From the NCBI GenBank assembly GCA_036785375.1, contig JAWMAR010000063.1, forward strand, positions 6,386,001-6,450,000: DNA of 64,000 nucleotides, written 5' to 3'. The position numbers were made by a program, and so were the translations under genes. A model generated the notes under the pieces. It worked only from the letters and a program-made list of their open reading frames with translations, was not told the DNA's origin and made no database searches. This stretch comes from Leucoraja ocellata (lineage: Eukaryota). The stretch's first letter is position 1. The number at the start of each line of letters is the position of its first letter. Positions 51,835 to 64,000 of this stretch are shown here, in pieces.

Positions 51835-53398
51835 CTATAAAATTAAAAGTTCAGTATTTAATAAACAGCTAGGAAATATTTTGGCATATTTAAACATAAA
51901 GGCTTATACCATATATTAATTTGATGTAACTTCAGGTTTGTGCACATTCAAACTACACTCCAAGTTAATTTGACATTAGTACCCTTGAAACAATGACAAC
52001 ACACTGTATAACCACACCATTGTCACCAGTGTTGCAACAATTCAGTGAATATTGAGTTTGAAATATATTCTCAACAAAAGAATGGATACAGCACTTATAG
52101 CCCACCATGCAGCATGATTAGATTAGTTATCTAATTTATACCAATTAGCAACAATTGATCAGAAGAAAATATATCAGTACGGGTTATATAGAGGATGATT
52201 TTGGTAATACCTCGAATAGTAGAAACAAGCTTCAGAGTATTTTTTTGCATCCAAATGACTAGCATAATCAAGAGGACCAAGCAGCGGTCGAGGAAAGGGT
52301 CGGCAGTCGAAGTTGACAATGGGCGCCGGTGTTCAAGGAGGACATGGACGGGCCGGCGGAGGTTGCCGGTGGTCGGACGGGACCATGTGGGCGTTGGGGA
52401 GGGGGGGGGGGGGGGGGGGAGGAGGGCTGCCAGGAACAAAGAGGACTAAATGGAGTACTTTGTAACTTTGTCGGCACCCTATATGTTGCTATACTATTTG
52501 TGTACGCAAAACAAAGAATCTCACTGTGACATGTCACATGTGATTATAAGGTATCATCATCTATGCAATAGAACCCAGTTTAGACGTTTCACTTCTCGAA
52601 CATTTACACAGAATTCATTGGTATTGGCTAAATTACAATCGGTGAAAACAGCTGCCTCAGAAAATGCTTCTGCGAGGAACTTTTATTAACGTAGAAATTC
52701 CATATTCAAGGGATTTATGGGAATCAAATTGCTCAATGTAGTTTGTAGTAAATAATGTTTACACCCAGTAAAAACGTCCTTATCCCGTCAAGCAGACAAT
52801 GACACTGAATCTTAGCTAAAATAACACAAATCTCAAATGCCACACTGGTCAGCCAGAGGAAGTATCTAGGCAGGTATTCATATAGTGTCTACATATTGCT
52901 CTCCAGCAATCTTTGATATTTCTCACTTCGGTCACTGAAAAAAAATGCACATGTTGGAATCTGGAATTCAGAGAAAGTGCTGGAAGCTCTCAGCAGTCCA
53001 GACTGTCTCTGAAAAGAAAAAAGTCAATGTTTCGAAGAATTCTCCATGTTGTTCAAGAGTCAAGTGTGTTTAACTGTGCTATGCACCAACATGGACCAAT
53101 GAAATGCTTACTTGCAGCGGCATAAAATGTCTGTAAATCCAGGACTCAATAAATAATACAATACAAAACAAAAAATACGTTCAATAAATTAAAACCACCC
53201 GATATTAGTGCAAATCAAAACAAACGCCTAAAGTACCTAAAGCAACAGAGACTGTTCATAGTTCTAAGTTTAGTTGGTGCTTAGTTGGTGTTTGCAGTGT
53301 TCAATAGCCTGATGATTGTTGTAAAGAAGCTGTTCCTGAACCTGACCATCATGGTTGTCAGACTCCCATACCTTTTTCCTGATGGCAGGAGTGAAATA

Positions 53399-53545
53399 CA
53401 GTGTCCTCCATAATGTTTGGGTGGGACAAAGACCCATCATTTATTTATTTGCCTCTGTACTCCACAATTTGAGATTTGTAATAGAAAAAAAAAATCACAT
53501 GTGGTTAAAGTGCACATTGTCAGATTTTATTAAAGGGTATTTTTA
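53399..53545 (+). mobile_element. Tc1-like transposon end fragment
   Basis: TA followed by CAGTG(T)CCTCCATAATGTTTGGG, which is a Tc1-type terminus. No partner end is seen. Confidence 0.5.
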
Positions 53546-53819
53546 AGTGCATGGCCAGGGTGGATTGGCTTCTTCATGATGCTGGCTGCCTTTTTGAGGC
53601 ATCCATTTGATGATGGGGAGGTCAATACCTGTGATGGAACGTGCAGTGTCCACCACTTTTTGTAATCTGGATGGCTGAGTTGCTGAACCAGGCCGTGAGG
53701 CAACCAGCCTATATTTTCCCTGCCATATACGTGTAGGAATTAAAGAGAATATTTGTTGACATACCAAATCTCCTCAATCTTCAATGGAAGTCGAGGTGTT
53801 AATGAGCTTTCTTTATTAA

Positions 53820-54790
53820 TATTATTCTTGATGACATTAAGTCCTGGTTGGCCCTAAACTTTCTTGGATTTAATGAAAAGAAGACAGAGGTGATTTTATT
53901 TGACCCCAATGGCTGCCGTGAACCTCCATTTGTTGATTTAGGTCCATTGTCAAGGTACGTGAAGCCAACGGTTGTGAACCTGGGTTTTAGGATGGACAGT
54001 GACTTTAAATTAGATCGCCAAATATGCGCGGTGGTTAAGTCCAGCTTCTTTCACCTAAGGAAGCTGGCGAAGGTGAAGCCCATTCTCGAGCGGCAGCATT
54101 TTGAGACAGTAATCCATGCCTTTATTACATCTAGGCTGGATTACTGTAACGCGCTCTATTTTGGTGTTGCTCGTTCTTCATTGGCTCGTCTCCAGTTGGT
54201 TCAGAATGCTGCTGCTCGCCTTTTAACAGGGACTCGAAAGAGGGAGCACATATCGCCAATTCTGGCCTCCCTACACTGGCTCCCGGTGCACTTTCGGGTT
54301 CATTTTAAGATACTGTTATTTGTTTTTAAATCTCTGAATGGGCTCGCCCCGCCTTACCTCTCTGAGCTGCTCCACCCATACGCTCCTGCCCGGTCCCTCA
54401 GGTCAGCTGGTCAGCTGCTCCTGGAGGTACCGAGGTCTAGTCGGAGGCTCAGAGGGGATAGAGCCTTCTCTGTTGCTGCTCCGGCACTCTGGAACACCCT
54501 GCCGTTGCACATCAGACAGGCCCCCTCACTGTCCATCTTCAAATCCAGTGTTAAAACGCATTTGTACTCCCTGGCTTTTGACCATGCCTGAGGCTTTGCT
54601 TCTGTTTGTGGTGTTTTTGATGTTTCTTTATTTTACATGTCTTTTCCTACTATTTCTTTTGATTGTTATTTTTGGTGTGTATTAACTTTTTTGTCAATGA
54701 TTAGTGATGTACAGCACTTTGTTGCAGCTATGTTTGTTTTTAAAGTGCTCTATAAATAAAATTATTATTATTATTATTATTATTATTATT
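53820..54790 (+). mobile_element. L2-clade LINE 3' fragment, apparently young
   Basis: Uninterrupted 247-aa ORF (HAFITSRLDYCN, RLQLVQNAAARLLT, LASLHWLPV, DRAFSVAAP.LWN.LP), followed by AATAAA and an (ATT)n tail. Confidence 0.93.
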
Positions 54791-55711
54791 GCATCAATGT
54801 GCTGGGTCCAGGACAAATCTTCAGATATGCACGGCTCAGAACTTGAAGTTGTTGACTTTCTCCACCACTGACCTGTTGATGAAGACAGGTTTGTGGATCC
54901 TTGAAGTTTCTCTTCTAAATTCAACAGTTAGCTCCTTGGTCTAACTGACATTGAGAGCAAGGGGACAGTTCATCCACCTTTCAATCGAACAATTTATCTC
55001 CTATACTTTGACTCATCATTACCTATAATTCGTCAAACAACAGTAGTGTCATTGGCAAATTTAAAGATGGAGCTGGAACTGTGTCTGGCTACACAGTCAT
55101 GGGTATCAAGTGAGTAGAGCAGGGTACTGCTTCTTGAGGTGCCCTTGTGATGATGGTTATTGAGGAGGAAGTGCTGTTGCCAAGTTGTACTGATCGTGTT
55201 CTGTGATGCAGAAGTCAAGGATCCAGTTGTAAAGAGATGTAGAGAGGTCCAGTTCTCTCTGAGCTTAGTAACAAGTTTGGAGGGGATGATAATGTCGAAT
55301 GCTGAACGGTCGTCAATGAACAACAGCCTGACATGTGTTTTTATTGTCTTAAGTGGTCCAATGCAGAGTGGAAAGCCAGCGAGTTTGCATCCCTCATTGA
55401 TCTATTATGGCAGTAGGCAAATTGTAGTGGATCCAAGATCTTGCTAGGGTGGGAGTTGATATGTGCCATAACCAACCTCTCAAATCACTTAATCACCACA
55501 GGCATTAGTGCCACCAGTCGGTCATTGAGGCATGTTACCTTACTCTTTTTACCGTTTTTATCTAATATACATTTTTCATTAATTGATCTTATACATGATG
55601 AAAAGATACATTAGAGAGGTGCTACAAGGACCATAGCACCTTTGGGATATACTAAGCAACCTGCGCCTTTGAAAAGGACGGAAAAGGAGAAAGTTATTTC
55701 ATTGTACTTAC

Positions 55712-55846
55712 CCTTTCGCTTTTATCTGCACAGAATAGTCGTGTATGATGACGTTTCTGGACAACTATGTAGGTAATTCCAGGTTGATAATCTTTTTCCA
55801 GTTTGATACATGCATCACGAATAGCCAGGAGCTCATAATGTAAAAT
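55712..55846 (-). CDS. AGO1: Argonaute-1 exon ([45 protein letters not shown])
   Basis: 135 nt, phase 0/0. Acceptor tttttcag|, donor AGG|gtaagt. Contains the PIWI motif QKRHHTRLF. Confidence 0.96.
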
Positions 55847-56431
55847 CTGAAAAAGGAAGTTTCAGTCAACGTTAATAAAAGTTGTAAACATTTTTGATGA
55901 GGAGCATAGATGCAGCTGTTTATAAAATGTCTTTTTAAGCCAAAGGAATAAATAATTCAAGATCAGGAGAAATATACGGCATCAGTGAGATTATTTATTT
56001 AACCAATTATATTGCCGGAGCTATTTTGGAAAAGATGTGAAATCCCTATTAAAACTTTCACCGCAGAGTTTATGTGGAGGGACCAACTACTTTTCATTAT
56101 CCAAATCATACTAAGTACACAATGCACTTTCCAAGTTACCTCATTTGAACTATAGCTCCTAGCAACTGATTACAATATGGCATTGATAACCTCTGTCCAT
56201 GAGGCAGACTATCCTTCCTCCCACTGGGAGGAAGCTGTGCTGAACAGAATAAAGGAGAACAGTTAGTACAAATATTAAATCCAGCTTAATTGTTTTGTTC
56301 ATATTGTTCACCTGCCTGTATCTAAATCCATCAAGGTAACCCCTGTAGATCTGAACATTGCTTCAGTTGACTTGCACGACTTTGGCCATTTCAGGTGTTT
56401 ACTTCAGTGAGGGTTTGGAACTTTGAGCTAC

Positions 56432-56626
56432 CTGTGGTAATTGTCCTTCAGGGACACCATCTCTATAGAAAATAATCCTTGTTGGCTTGAAACGGGTTGA
56501 TTTGTAAAACTGGATCAGGAGTTCTCGAACCATGTAGGAAAGGTCTTCAATTATCTCCTGACGGGGTCGCTGCACACGGACTGTGGCACAGTAACGACTT
56601 GGATGAGCATCCATGCTGCCAACCAC
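56432..56626 (-). CDS. AGO1: Argonaute-1 exon ([65 protein letters not shown])
   Basis: ORF 56399..56626. Acceptor ctcaccag|, donor CAG|gtagc. GVPEGQLPQ and IEDLSYMV are AGO1-diagnostic. Confidence 0.97.
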
Positions 56627-57784
56627 CTGGTGAGAAACACAACTCTCAGGATGACTCGTGTTATTGCTGAAGTGACAGCACTGCCAAAAACAAAGTTCTG
56701 AATGTGCTTGAATAACCCAAATCCAGATTCCATTGGATAATGAACTGCCTTGAATGTCTTTTATCTATAATACTGATTTAGCAACTCAAGATTGGCTGTA
56801 GAATTGCACAGAAAACTGCCATGGCTCCTCTTGATGGCTCAGTGCTCTATTCTCAATTCCCCCAAAAGCCGAAATACAGAATTAGTTTACATGTTCATTT
56901 GGTTGAACTTACTGTGTTAAGCAAATTCATACATGGCAATGTGGAGCAATTCAGGTGCTCTCAGTAACTTTCATCTTAAAAAACAAAACAAACATTCAAT
57001 GAGTATTCTTACACATTCTCAACATGGCAGAATTTATTATGCATGTTTCCAGGTAAAGGTTATTACTACCCGAGATATCCTTATATATGCTCACTGAAGA
57101 TCACAGCTTCCCAAATCTGTACCCTCACCTCAAGAACAAAAATGTCCATTAGAGAGATGAAAGGTTACGTAAACTTCAGGCAATATGCTTCCTTTCAGTT
57201 TCCTGCTTTCTTACATATTCTTTTTACAAACATGCTTTATTAGTTCTGGGAGCTTGTACACGAGTTCCCCTTGTATGTACAGGACAGTTAACCCAATTTG
57301 GCCAAATGTATATGATTAACCATTGAATAACCTTCACCTATTCCTGCTCTTAAAAAAAAATACTATTAACTTCCAAGCTTCTCCTGGCAGGTCAATGTTA
57401 CATGTGACTTTACCAAGTAAATGCCAAAGGCATTAGAGCAGATTTTGTAAATTAAGGTGGGTTAGTACTTGACAACATAAAAAGTCAGGAAGCGAGAAGC
57501 AAAGGGAAATAGGAAAATAAAACATGAAGCACACCTTTACACAACTTTCTACACAACAAACAGTAATGGTGAATGAAATTGGTAAATGCAAGGGTTAATG
57601 TAGTAAGAATTCCTAATTTGCATGTGAGGTTGTATACCACAGGGTTGTTACCTCTTGAAAACCTAAATATAAATGGCAGATTTGCCAGGGATACTGAAAC
57701 CTTCATTCAGATTCTTAAGTTCTTATCCGTGCTTACTTTTTCTGTCCTCCGAGGCATTCTAGAAGAACCCAATCTGTGTTTTTA

Positions 57785-58460
57785 TAGAACATAGAACAGT
57801 ACAGTACAAGAACAGGCTTTACAGCCCACAATGTCTGTGCCAACACGATGCCAAGACTAATTTTTTTCTGCCAGCACATAACCTATATTCCTCCATTCTC
57901 TGCATATCTATATGCCTATCCAAATGTCTTTTAAATGCTACTATTCTATCTGCCTCAACCACCTTAAGTAGTGGTAGTGAGTTCCAGGCACTCATCACCC
58001 ACTATGTAAAAAACATGCCCCATGAACTTTAAACTTTGCCCCTCGCACCTTAAAACTATGCCCTCTAGTATTTCATTTTTCCATCCAAAAGATTCTTACT
58101 GTCTGTCTATGCCTCTCATAATTTTATAGACTTCTATTCTATCAGGTCTCCCCACAACCCCTGGCATTCCAGAGAAAATAATCCAAGCCTGTACAACCTT
58201 TCCCTGTGGTTAATGCTCCTTAATCCAGACATTTTTCTGGTAAACGTCCTCTGTGCCCTTTCCAAAGACTCCATATCCTTCCTGCAATGGGGTGACCAGA
58301 ACTTCACATTATATTCCAAAGCATAATCAAAGTCCTATAAAGCTACATCGTGGCCTCCTGACTCTTATAGTCAAAGCCCCAACTAATGAAAGCAAGCATC
58401 CCATAGGTCTTCTGTACCACTCTATCTACTTGTGTTGTCACATTCAGGGAGTTATGGCCT
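57785..58460 (-). mobile_element. CR1 3' remnant (older subfamily)
   Basis: EYNVKFWSPHCRKDMESLERAQRTFTR. Confidence 0.8.
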
Positions 58461-60217
58461 TGATGTTCCATGCATTCACAACGTCAAGTTATGGCGCAAA
58501 CGAATTTTGAGCTGAAGAGCTAGCTAATGGTGGTGACAAAATATCCAATAAGATGCGACCCATTGATTTAACAGTGATTATCTTTAAATATCCATCTGAG
58601 ACACTGAGGTTGCTCAAGATTTTTTCTTCAATTATATAATTGAACCTTGACTAATTTATAAATCCAATTTATTTTCATGTGCTTAACTTCTACAATATAT
58701 GTTAACAGTCTATTTTTATTTATATTGTATATAGTCGTTTGAACAAAGGTGTGAAACAAATAAATATTTTGGACACCAAAATCAAAGTATCATATTTTAC
58801 AACAGCCCCAAAACACATTGCCAAGATATTTTGACATGGATTAAAATAAATAACTTTAAAATTATAATGACTGTTGCCACATTGGCAAATACACCTGCCT
58901 CTGCATCATACAAAAGCAATTAGATGAATAATTAACAGTGAAGAGCCTTTTTCCAAACAAAATGTGGGCAGCATCGATCAATGTTAATATGACATTGATC
59001 AAAGAACTGTCCAAAAATTACATAAATAATATAAAGCAATATTATTTTTATTTGTATTATTTCTCAACCCCAAAAAAGTAAGCATGTTTCCAATTAGGAC
59101 AGGTAGTTCTGCTATGATGTATTTTTTTCAAAATGAGAATTGGATATAACATGTTTGATGAATTAGGGAACACCATTATGTGGACCGAACTGGTTATTTT
59201 GATTTGGAACTGGAGAACCAACTTAAAAGTTACTTTTGTAATTGACAAGCAGACAAAAAAGTTGTTGGGGGAGAAAAAGTCTAGGTACAAAAAAAACGTT
59301 CTCATGTAACCTTCCTCTAGTATTCAGACACCATTGCTTCATGAGAACAGTCTGTCAGTTTCAGCACAGGTCGCCAATTAAATGCAAACCAATCACTTCC
59401 CTCGACACTCGTGGAATGATGCTCTATTAAACAATGTAACATATCGCCTTTAGTATTTTTGACCTGCAGTAACAAACTTAAAACGATTATATAAAACAAA
59501 ACTATTGCAAGTCTGAAACTATCCAGCCCATAACACCCATTGACACAATTGTTTTGATAGAGATTTTCCATGATGTGACATTTCCTCGGAGCATAATTAT
59601 CATGTTATCGCAGAACTACCTGTATAAGGAATGTCATATCTAAAGGATATGCATTCGTAAAAAAAGGATGACTAAATAACACCAGAAAGCAGAGATCTAC
59701 AAGATTTTCTGGTCCAGTTATTAAACACTAAGATTACATTTAATGGTATGAAATTTAACTTCAATCAGAAGATATAATTACTGGGCAATCGTGTTTTAAG
59801 CAACCAGTTAGTTTAGTTTATTGCCACGTGTACCGAGGTACAGTGAAAAGGTTTTGTTACGTGCTAACCAGTCAGCAGAAAGACAATACATGATTACACG
59901 TTTGCCCAATTTATAGCAGTTGCCCAATTTATTTTTCTTCTGTGGAAAGGTTAATGGGATGGGATAAATGGATGAGGCTATTTAAACAAAGCTACCAATA
60001 ACAGCACAATAATACATTGTACATTAAGTTTAAAATTACTTTAGTCTTATGGAACCGGGCCCGTTAACTGGTGATAAGTATATATACACACAAAAGTCAC
60101 AAGCACACAGCCCTTGGGCCATTAGGAATTTCTCTGATTCCAGGAAGAAAATTCATCAATTATATTTCACCTGCAATAATTGTCAGTAATATTTTGATAT
60201 CAAAAATGTAAACTTAC

Positions 60218-60308
60218 TGCTGTTATTGATGGCTTCTTGCCATCTCCAGCTGGTGGGTGTGTGACATCAGCTCCCAAGAATATCACAGGCTGCTGGAACA
60301 CAGCTGAA
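60218..60308 (-). CDS. AGO1: Argonaute-1 exon ([30 protein letters not shown]; first catalytic-tetrad Asp)
   Basis: Read by hand; not in the ORF track. Acceptor catttcag|, donor GCA|gtaag. RSAVF and SITA are AGO1-type residues. Confidence 0.95.
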
Positions 60309-60759
60309 CTGAAATGAAACGGGTAGATATCCATTTTTAATTTACGTATAGTGAATAAAGTGTCTTCAGCACTGAATGGTACCCAAGCATCAATAGAACA
60401 TTGAAGACATTTATTTTGTAAAAGTACATAATAATGCCCATTTAGTTGTTTGCAAAATTGTATAATTACAAAGTTCTAAATGGTCATGCAAAATAGTCAA
60501 CATGATCTTTATGCTTCTAGACAGAAGTAATAAAATTAATATTTCAATTAATCTTGGTTTTTAAATTACATTAAATCATCTATTTCTTTTGTACAGAAAT
60601 CAAAAGTCTTGACACAAATGGATATGACTTCTTGATTTTGATCATTTAAAAAAAAAAATCACCGGCCAAGGATTCAACCGTCAGTGCGGAGGTTACATTT
60701 TTTTAAGGAGTAAAATTCATTTAAAATTCAAAAATTCATAATTCATTTTTTCAGTGAAT

Positions 60760-61070
60760 GTTCTTCAAGTGTTTTCTTTGTTGTTCTGGAAATCTTTTGC
60801 TGTAACAGTGCTCAACGTTTGGAGACTAATGTCGGTTATGTGGCCGATATGGTCTGCACATCAGATCTGGTGGAGTGTGATCCGAGCTTTGAAGCTGGAA
60901 ATGTTAGTGTGGAAGAGGTATATTGGCTTTTCTTTCCTGCCAATAAATTTGGAAAATTTGTCGTGCCCACAATGGAGGTCCTTTCAGGTGCTTTCTGTCG
61001 GTTATCCAGGAGTACACATTATACACATGCAATTTGATTATTTCTTAAGAGTAAATCCAGCCTCCAGACT
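60760..61070 (-). mobile_element. RTE/BovB-like remnant
   Basis: Degenerate QIFQIYWQE..NISSFKARITLHQ...DHI resembles the RTE RT C-terminal motif (WQ.....LRWAGH). Confidence 0.45.
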
Positions 61071-61417
61071 AACTAACAAATGAATCCTTTGGCTACTTGA
61101 TTTGGTATTTGCTCAATAACTAAAAAAAATAATTCTTAATCATAATTATACATGCATAACATTAGTATGCCACTCTCGTAAACTTGATAAGTGATTGAAA
61201 ATAAGCTCATTATGTTCACTTCCAAAATATCCGTTTGCATTTTTAAGTGCAATCGCTAAGCTGTGTGTGATTTTTGGAGGTGGGGGCCTTAGAACGTGCC
61301 TTTCAAGACAAGAGAATTTCTAGTTGTCTTTATACCAAAACTGCAGCATCAGTGACCTATGAACTCCAATACCAACTAGTCCAATTTCCATTTACTTACA
61401 TGGAACATACATCTTAC

Positions 61418-61577
61418 CGTTGATGAGGCACTAGAATGTTGTTGATTCCACCCAATTTCACATTGATTTTCAGGCAGAGGTTAGAAAGTGTCTGAGGAGA
61501 AGTTCTCACAACATTTTTCACCTGAACACATTGTGTGGCCATTCCAAGAAGCGTGTCTCCCACTCGTTTCACCTCAG
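61418..61577 (-). CDS. AGO1: Argonaute-1 exon ([54 protein letters not shown])
   Basis: ORF 61414..61725 contains the peptide. Acceptor ccatgtag|, donor CG|gtaag. The LVPHQR ending is AGO1/3/4-type. Confidence 0.96.
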
Positions 61578-61660
61578 CTACATGGAAGGGGGTGGGGGAG
61601 AGACATGTTATTGTCACAAATTGACGGTTTTGTAATTGTTTTAGCTTATTTGAAATATTT

Positions 61661-62745
61661 AACAATAGACAATAGACAATAGGTGCAGGAGTAGTCCATT
61701 CAGCCTTTCGAGCCAGCACCGCCATTCAATGTGATCATGGCTGATCATCCCCAATCAGTACCCCGTTCCTGCCTTCTCCCCATATCCCCCGACTACGCTA
61801 TCTTTAAGAGCCCTATCTAGCTCTCTCTTTAAAGTATCGGCCTCCACCGCCTTCTGAGGCAGAGAATTCTACAGACTCACAACACTGTGAGAAAAAATAT
61901 TTCCTCGTCTCCATTCTAAATGGCTTACCCCTTATTCTTAAACTGTGGCCCCTGGTTCTGGACTCCCCCAACATCGGGAACATGTTTCCTGCCTCTTGCG
62001 TGTCCAAACCTTTAATAATCTTATATGTTTCAATAAGATTCCCTCTCATCCTTCTAAACTCCAGAGTGTACAAGCCCAGCCGCTCCATTCTCTCAGCATA
62101 TGACAGTTCTGCCATCCCGGGAATTAATCTTGTAAACATACGCTGCACTCCCTCAATAGCAAGAATGTCCTTCCTCAAATTAGGAGACCAAAACTGCACA
62201 TAATACTCCAGGTGTGGTCTCACTAGGGCCCTATACAACTGCAGAAGGACCTCTTTGTTCCTATACTCAACTCCTCTTGTTATAAAGGCCAACATGCCAT
62301 TCACTTTCTTCACTGCCTGCTGTACCTGCATACTTACTTTAATTGACTGATGAACAAGAACCCGTGGATCCCGTTGTACTTCCCCTTTTCCCAACTGGAC
62401 ACCATTTAGATAGTAATCTGCCTTCCTATTTTTGCTACCAAAGTGAATAACCTCACATTTATCCACATTAAACTGCATCTACCATGTATCTGCCCACTCA
62501 CCCAACCTGTCTAAGTCACCCTGCATTCTAATAGCATCCTCCTCACAGTTCACACTGCCACCCAGCTTTGTGTCATCTGCAAATGTGCTAATGTTACTTT
62601 GAATCCCGTCATCTAAATCATTGATGTATATTGTAAATAGCTGCGGTCCCAGCATCGAACTTTGCGGTACCCCACTAGTCACTGCCTGCCATTCTGAAAG
62701 AGACCCTAATTTTGTCCACTAATCTTCTACGTGGGACCTTATCAA
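61661..62745 (-). mobile_element. CR1 LINE 3' fragment in an AGO1 intron
   Basis: ORFs 62479..62682 and 61813..62478 (SGVPQSSMLGP, FADDTKLGG, VRPHLEY); (CTATTGT)n tail. Confidence 0.93.
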
Positions 62746-63804
62746 TCTAACATTTAAAAATAAACACTGTAGCCTATGAAAATTCCAATTTCTAGATTTT
62801 GTTAAAAATTATATGTTAGTTTTAGTAGTGATTGCCAAAAATCTTCCTGAATAAATTGGATGAGCTATTTGCTTGAGTATAAAAAAAACTTCAGCTTATA
62901 TCAATGGATATTAGATGAGACTTAGTAATTATCAATAATGTACTGCACAGCCTGGAAGCCTTACTACCTTTCTTTCCTTCTGAAACTACAATGATTGTAT
63001 AGGGGTGCCACTACAGGCTACCAAAATCCTGCACATAGTCACCTCCTTACTGCAGACTTTCTCTTTATTCTTTCTGCCCCATGCCTCTCAATTTAAAACA
63101 TGCCCATTTCTCATTTCTGGTGAAGGGTCATTGGCCTGAAGCATTAACCATTTCTCTTCACAGATCATTATCTGATCTGCTGAGTATTTTCAGCACTTCC
63201 TAATGTCATTTAAGATTCCCACAGTACGTATCCCAAATGACAATCCTTAAAATGTAATATTGGATGGTAAATATTATCAAATTACCCAAATCTAACGGAG
63301 TTGTAGATTTGAACCCAAATTCTGTTTTTGGACAAGTTAATTTGACACATGTGCTTTGTAATTAAGATGCAGAATACAATCTAATCTGCCCCTTTCTAAA
63401 CTTGCTTTCATTTTTAATAAAACAGTCTTCCCCCGCTGACATCATCTAATTTTACAAGGAGCAATAAATGATTTTTAGAATACTCTGATATGAAGGAATT
63501 AATTATTGACTGAGTAAATGTGCATAGGTTTCAGGATACACTCGAATGTAAAGTTAGTGACACTTTCGGAATATGGCCCATAAAATATGATTGCAGATAA
63601 CTGAATCGAAACGTCAACTATCTATGTTTTCCAGAGATGCTGCCTGACCTGTTGAGTTACTCCAGCACTGTGTCCTAACTGAATCTGTTACTTGATCCAA
63701 AATTGAGAGAGGAATGAGAGAAAAATCAGTGTTTGTCACCAGATGGTGCTAGAGTACTTCATGTGTGACCACTTCAGAATACACTAACCCTCTGCACTTC
63801 TTAC

Positions 63805-63989
63805 CATAGACAGGTGTTTTCCCAGGTAGAATTACTATGACAAGTTGGAGTCCCGAATAAGTATTCTTTAGATGCCTGAACATCGGTTCCACGCTGTCAG
63901 CTCCTTGTGCATATTTACAAAAGCATGGCTGTCCTTGAATTGGCATTCCTGCATCCTTAGATATCTTCCGCAGTTGGTCAGTAAAACTC
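63805..63989 (-). CDS. AGO1: Argonaute-1 internal coding exon (MID domain; (K)[61 protein letters not shown])
   Basis: The translation matches the vertebrate AGO MID domain. Acceptor is catacag| at 63990-63991 and donor is G|gtaag at 63804. The phase joins the next exon (G|CT = Ala). Upstream exons lie beyond the window. Confidence 0.96.
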
Positions 63990-64000
63990 CTGTATGATTG

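Larger units (their letters stand above)
53050..55520 (-). mobile_element. Old Rex1-like LINE carrying nested L2 and Tc1-like insertions
   Basis: SAFDIIIPSKL, FKFANDTTVV, ISEDLSWTQH and LQKVVDTARSITG. Confidence 0.75.

Noticed and set aside
63116-63150. Further hammerhead-like remnants (also ~4140, ~49740, ~63600)
   Set aside because: The core boxes are mutated (e.g. CUGGUGA, GAAG), so these are old PLE termini unlikely to be active.

Overview
Vertebrate genomic DNA. The repeat landscape suggests a cartilaginous fish, probably a skate or ray (inference). The window covers part of the tandem Argonaute cluster on the minus strand. It holds the last eight coding exons of AGO1 (63989->47991; MID/PIWI domains, all introns GT-AG, non-slicer Arg in the catalytic tetrad) and a probable ~4.4 kb 3'UTR. 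Downstream is a CpG island carrying the promoter and 19-nt first coding exon (MEIGTPG) of the next paralog, probably AGO3; no second exon was found, so intron 1 appears to run off the window (>31 kb). Most remaining sequence is decayed mobile DNA: CR1 LINEs, Rex1/Babar and L2 LINEs, Neptune-type Penelope-like elements (PLEs), a DIRS gag fragment, a Mag-type Gypsy remnant abutting the AGO3 promoter, and palindromic MITEs. The most notable unexplained signal is a recurrent minimal hammerhead-ribozyme motif (CUGAAGA-stem-GAAACGU) in PLE termini and in short TSD-flanked PLE derivatives. One intact-core copy sits in sense orientation ~400 nt into the AGO1 3'UTR. There is an assembly gap at 29613-29983.
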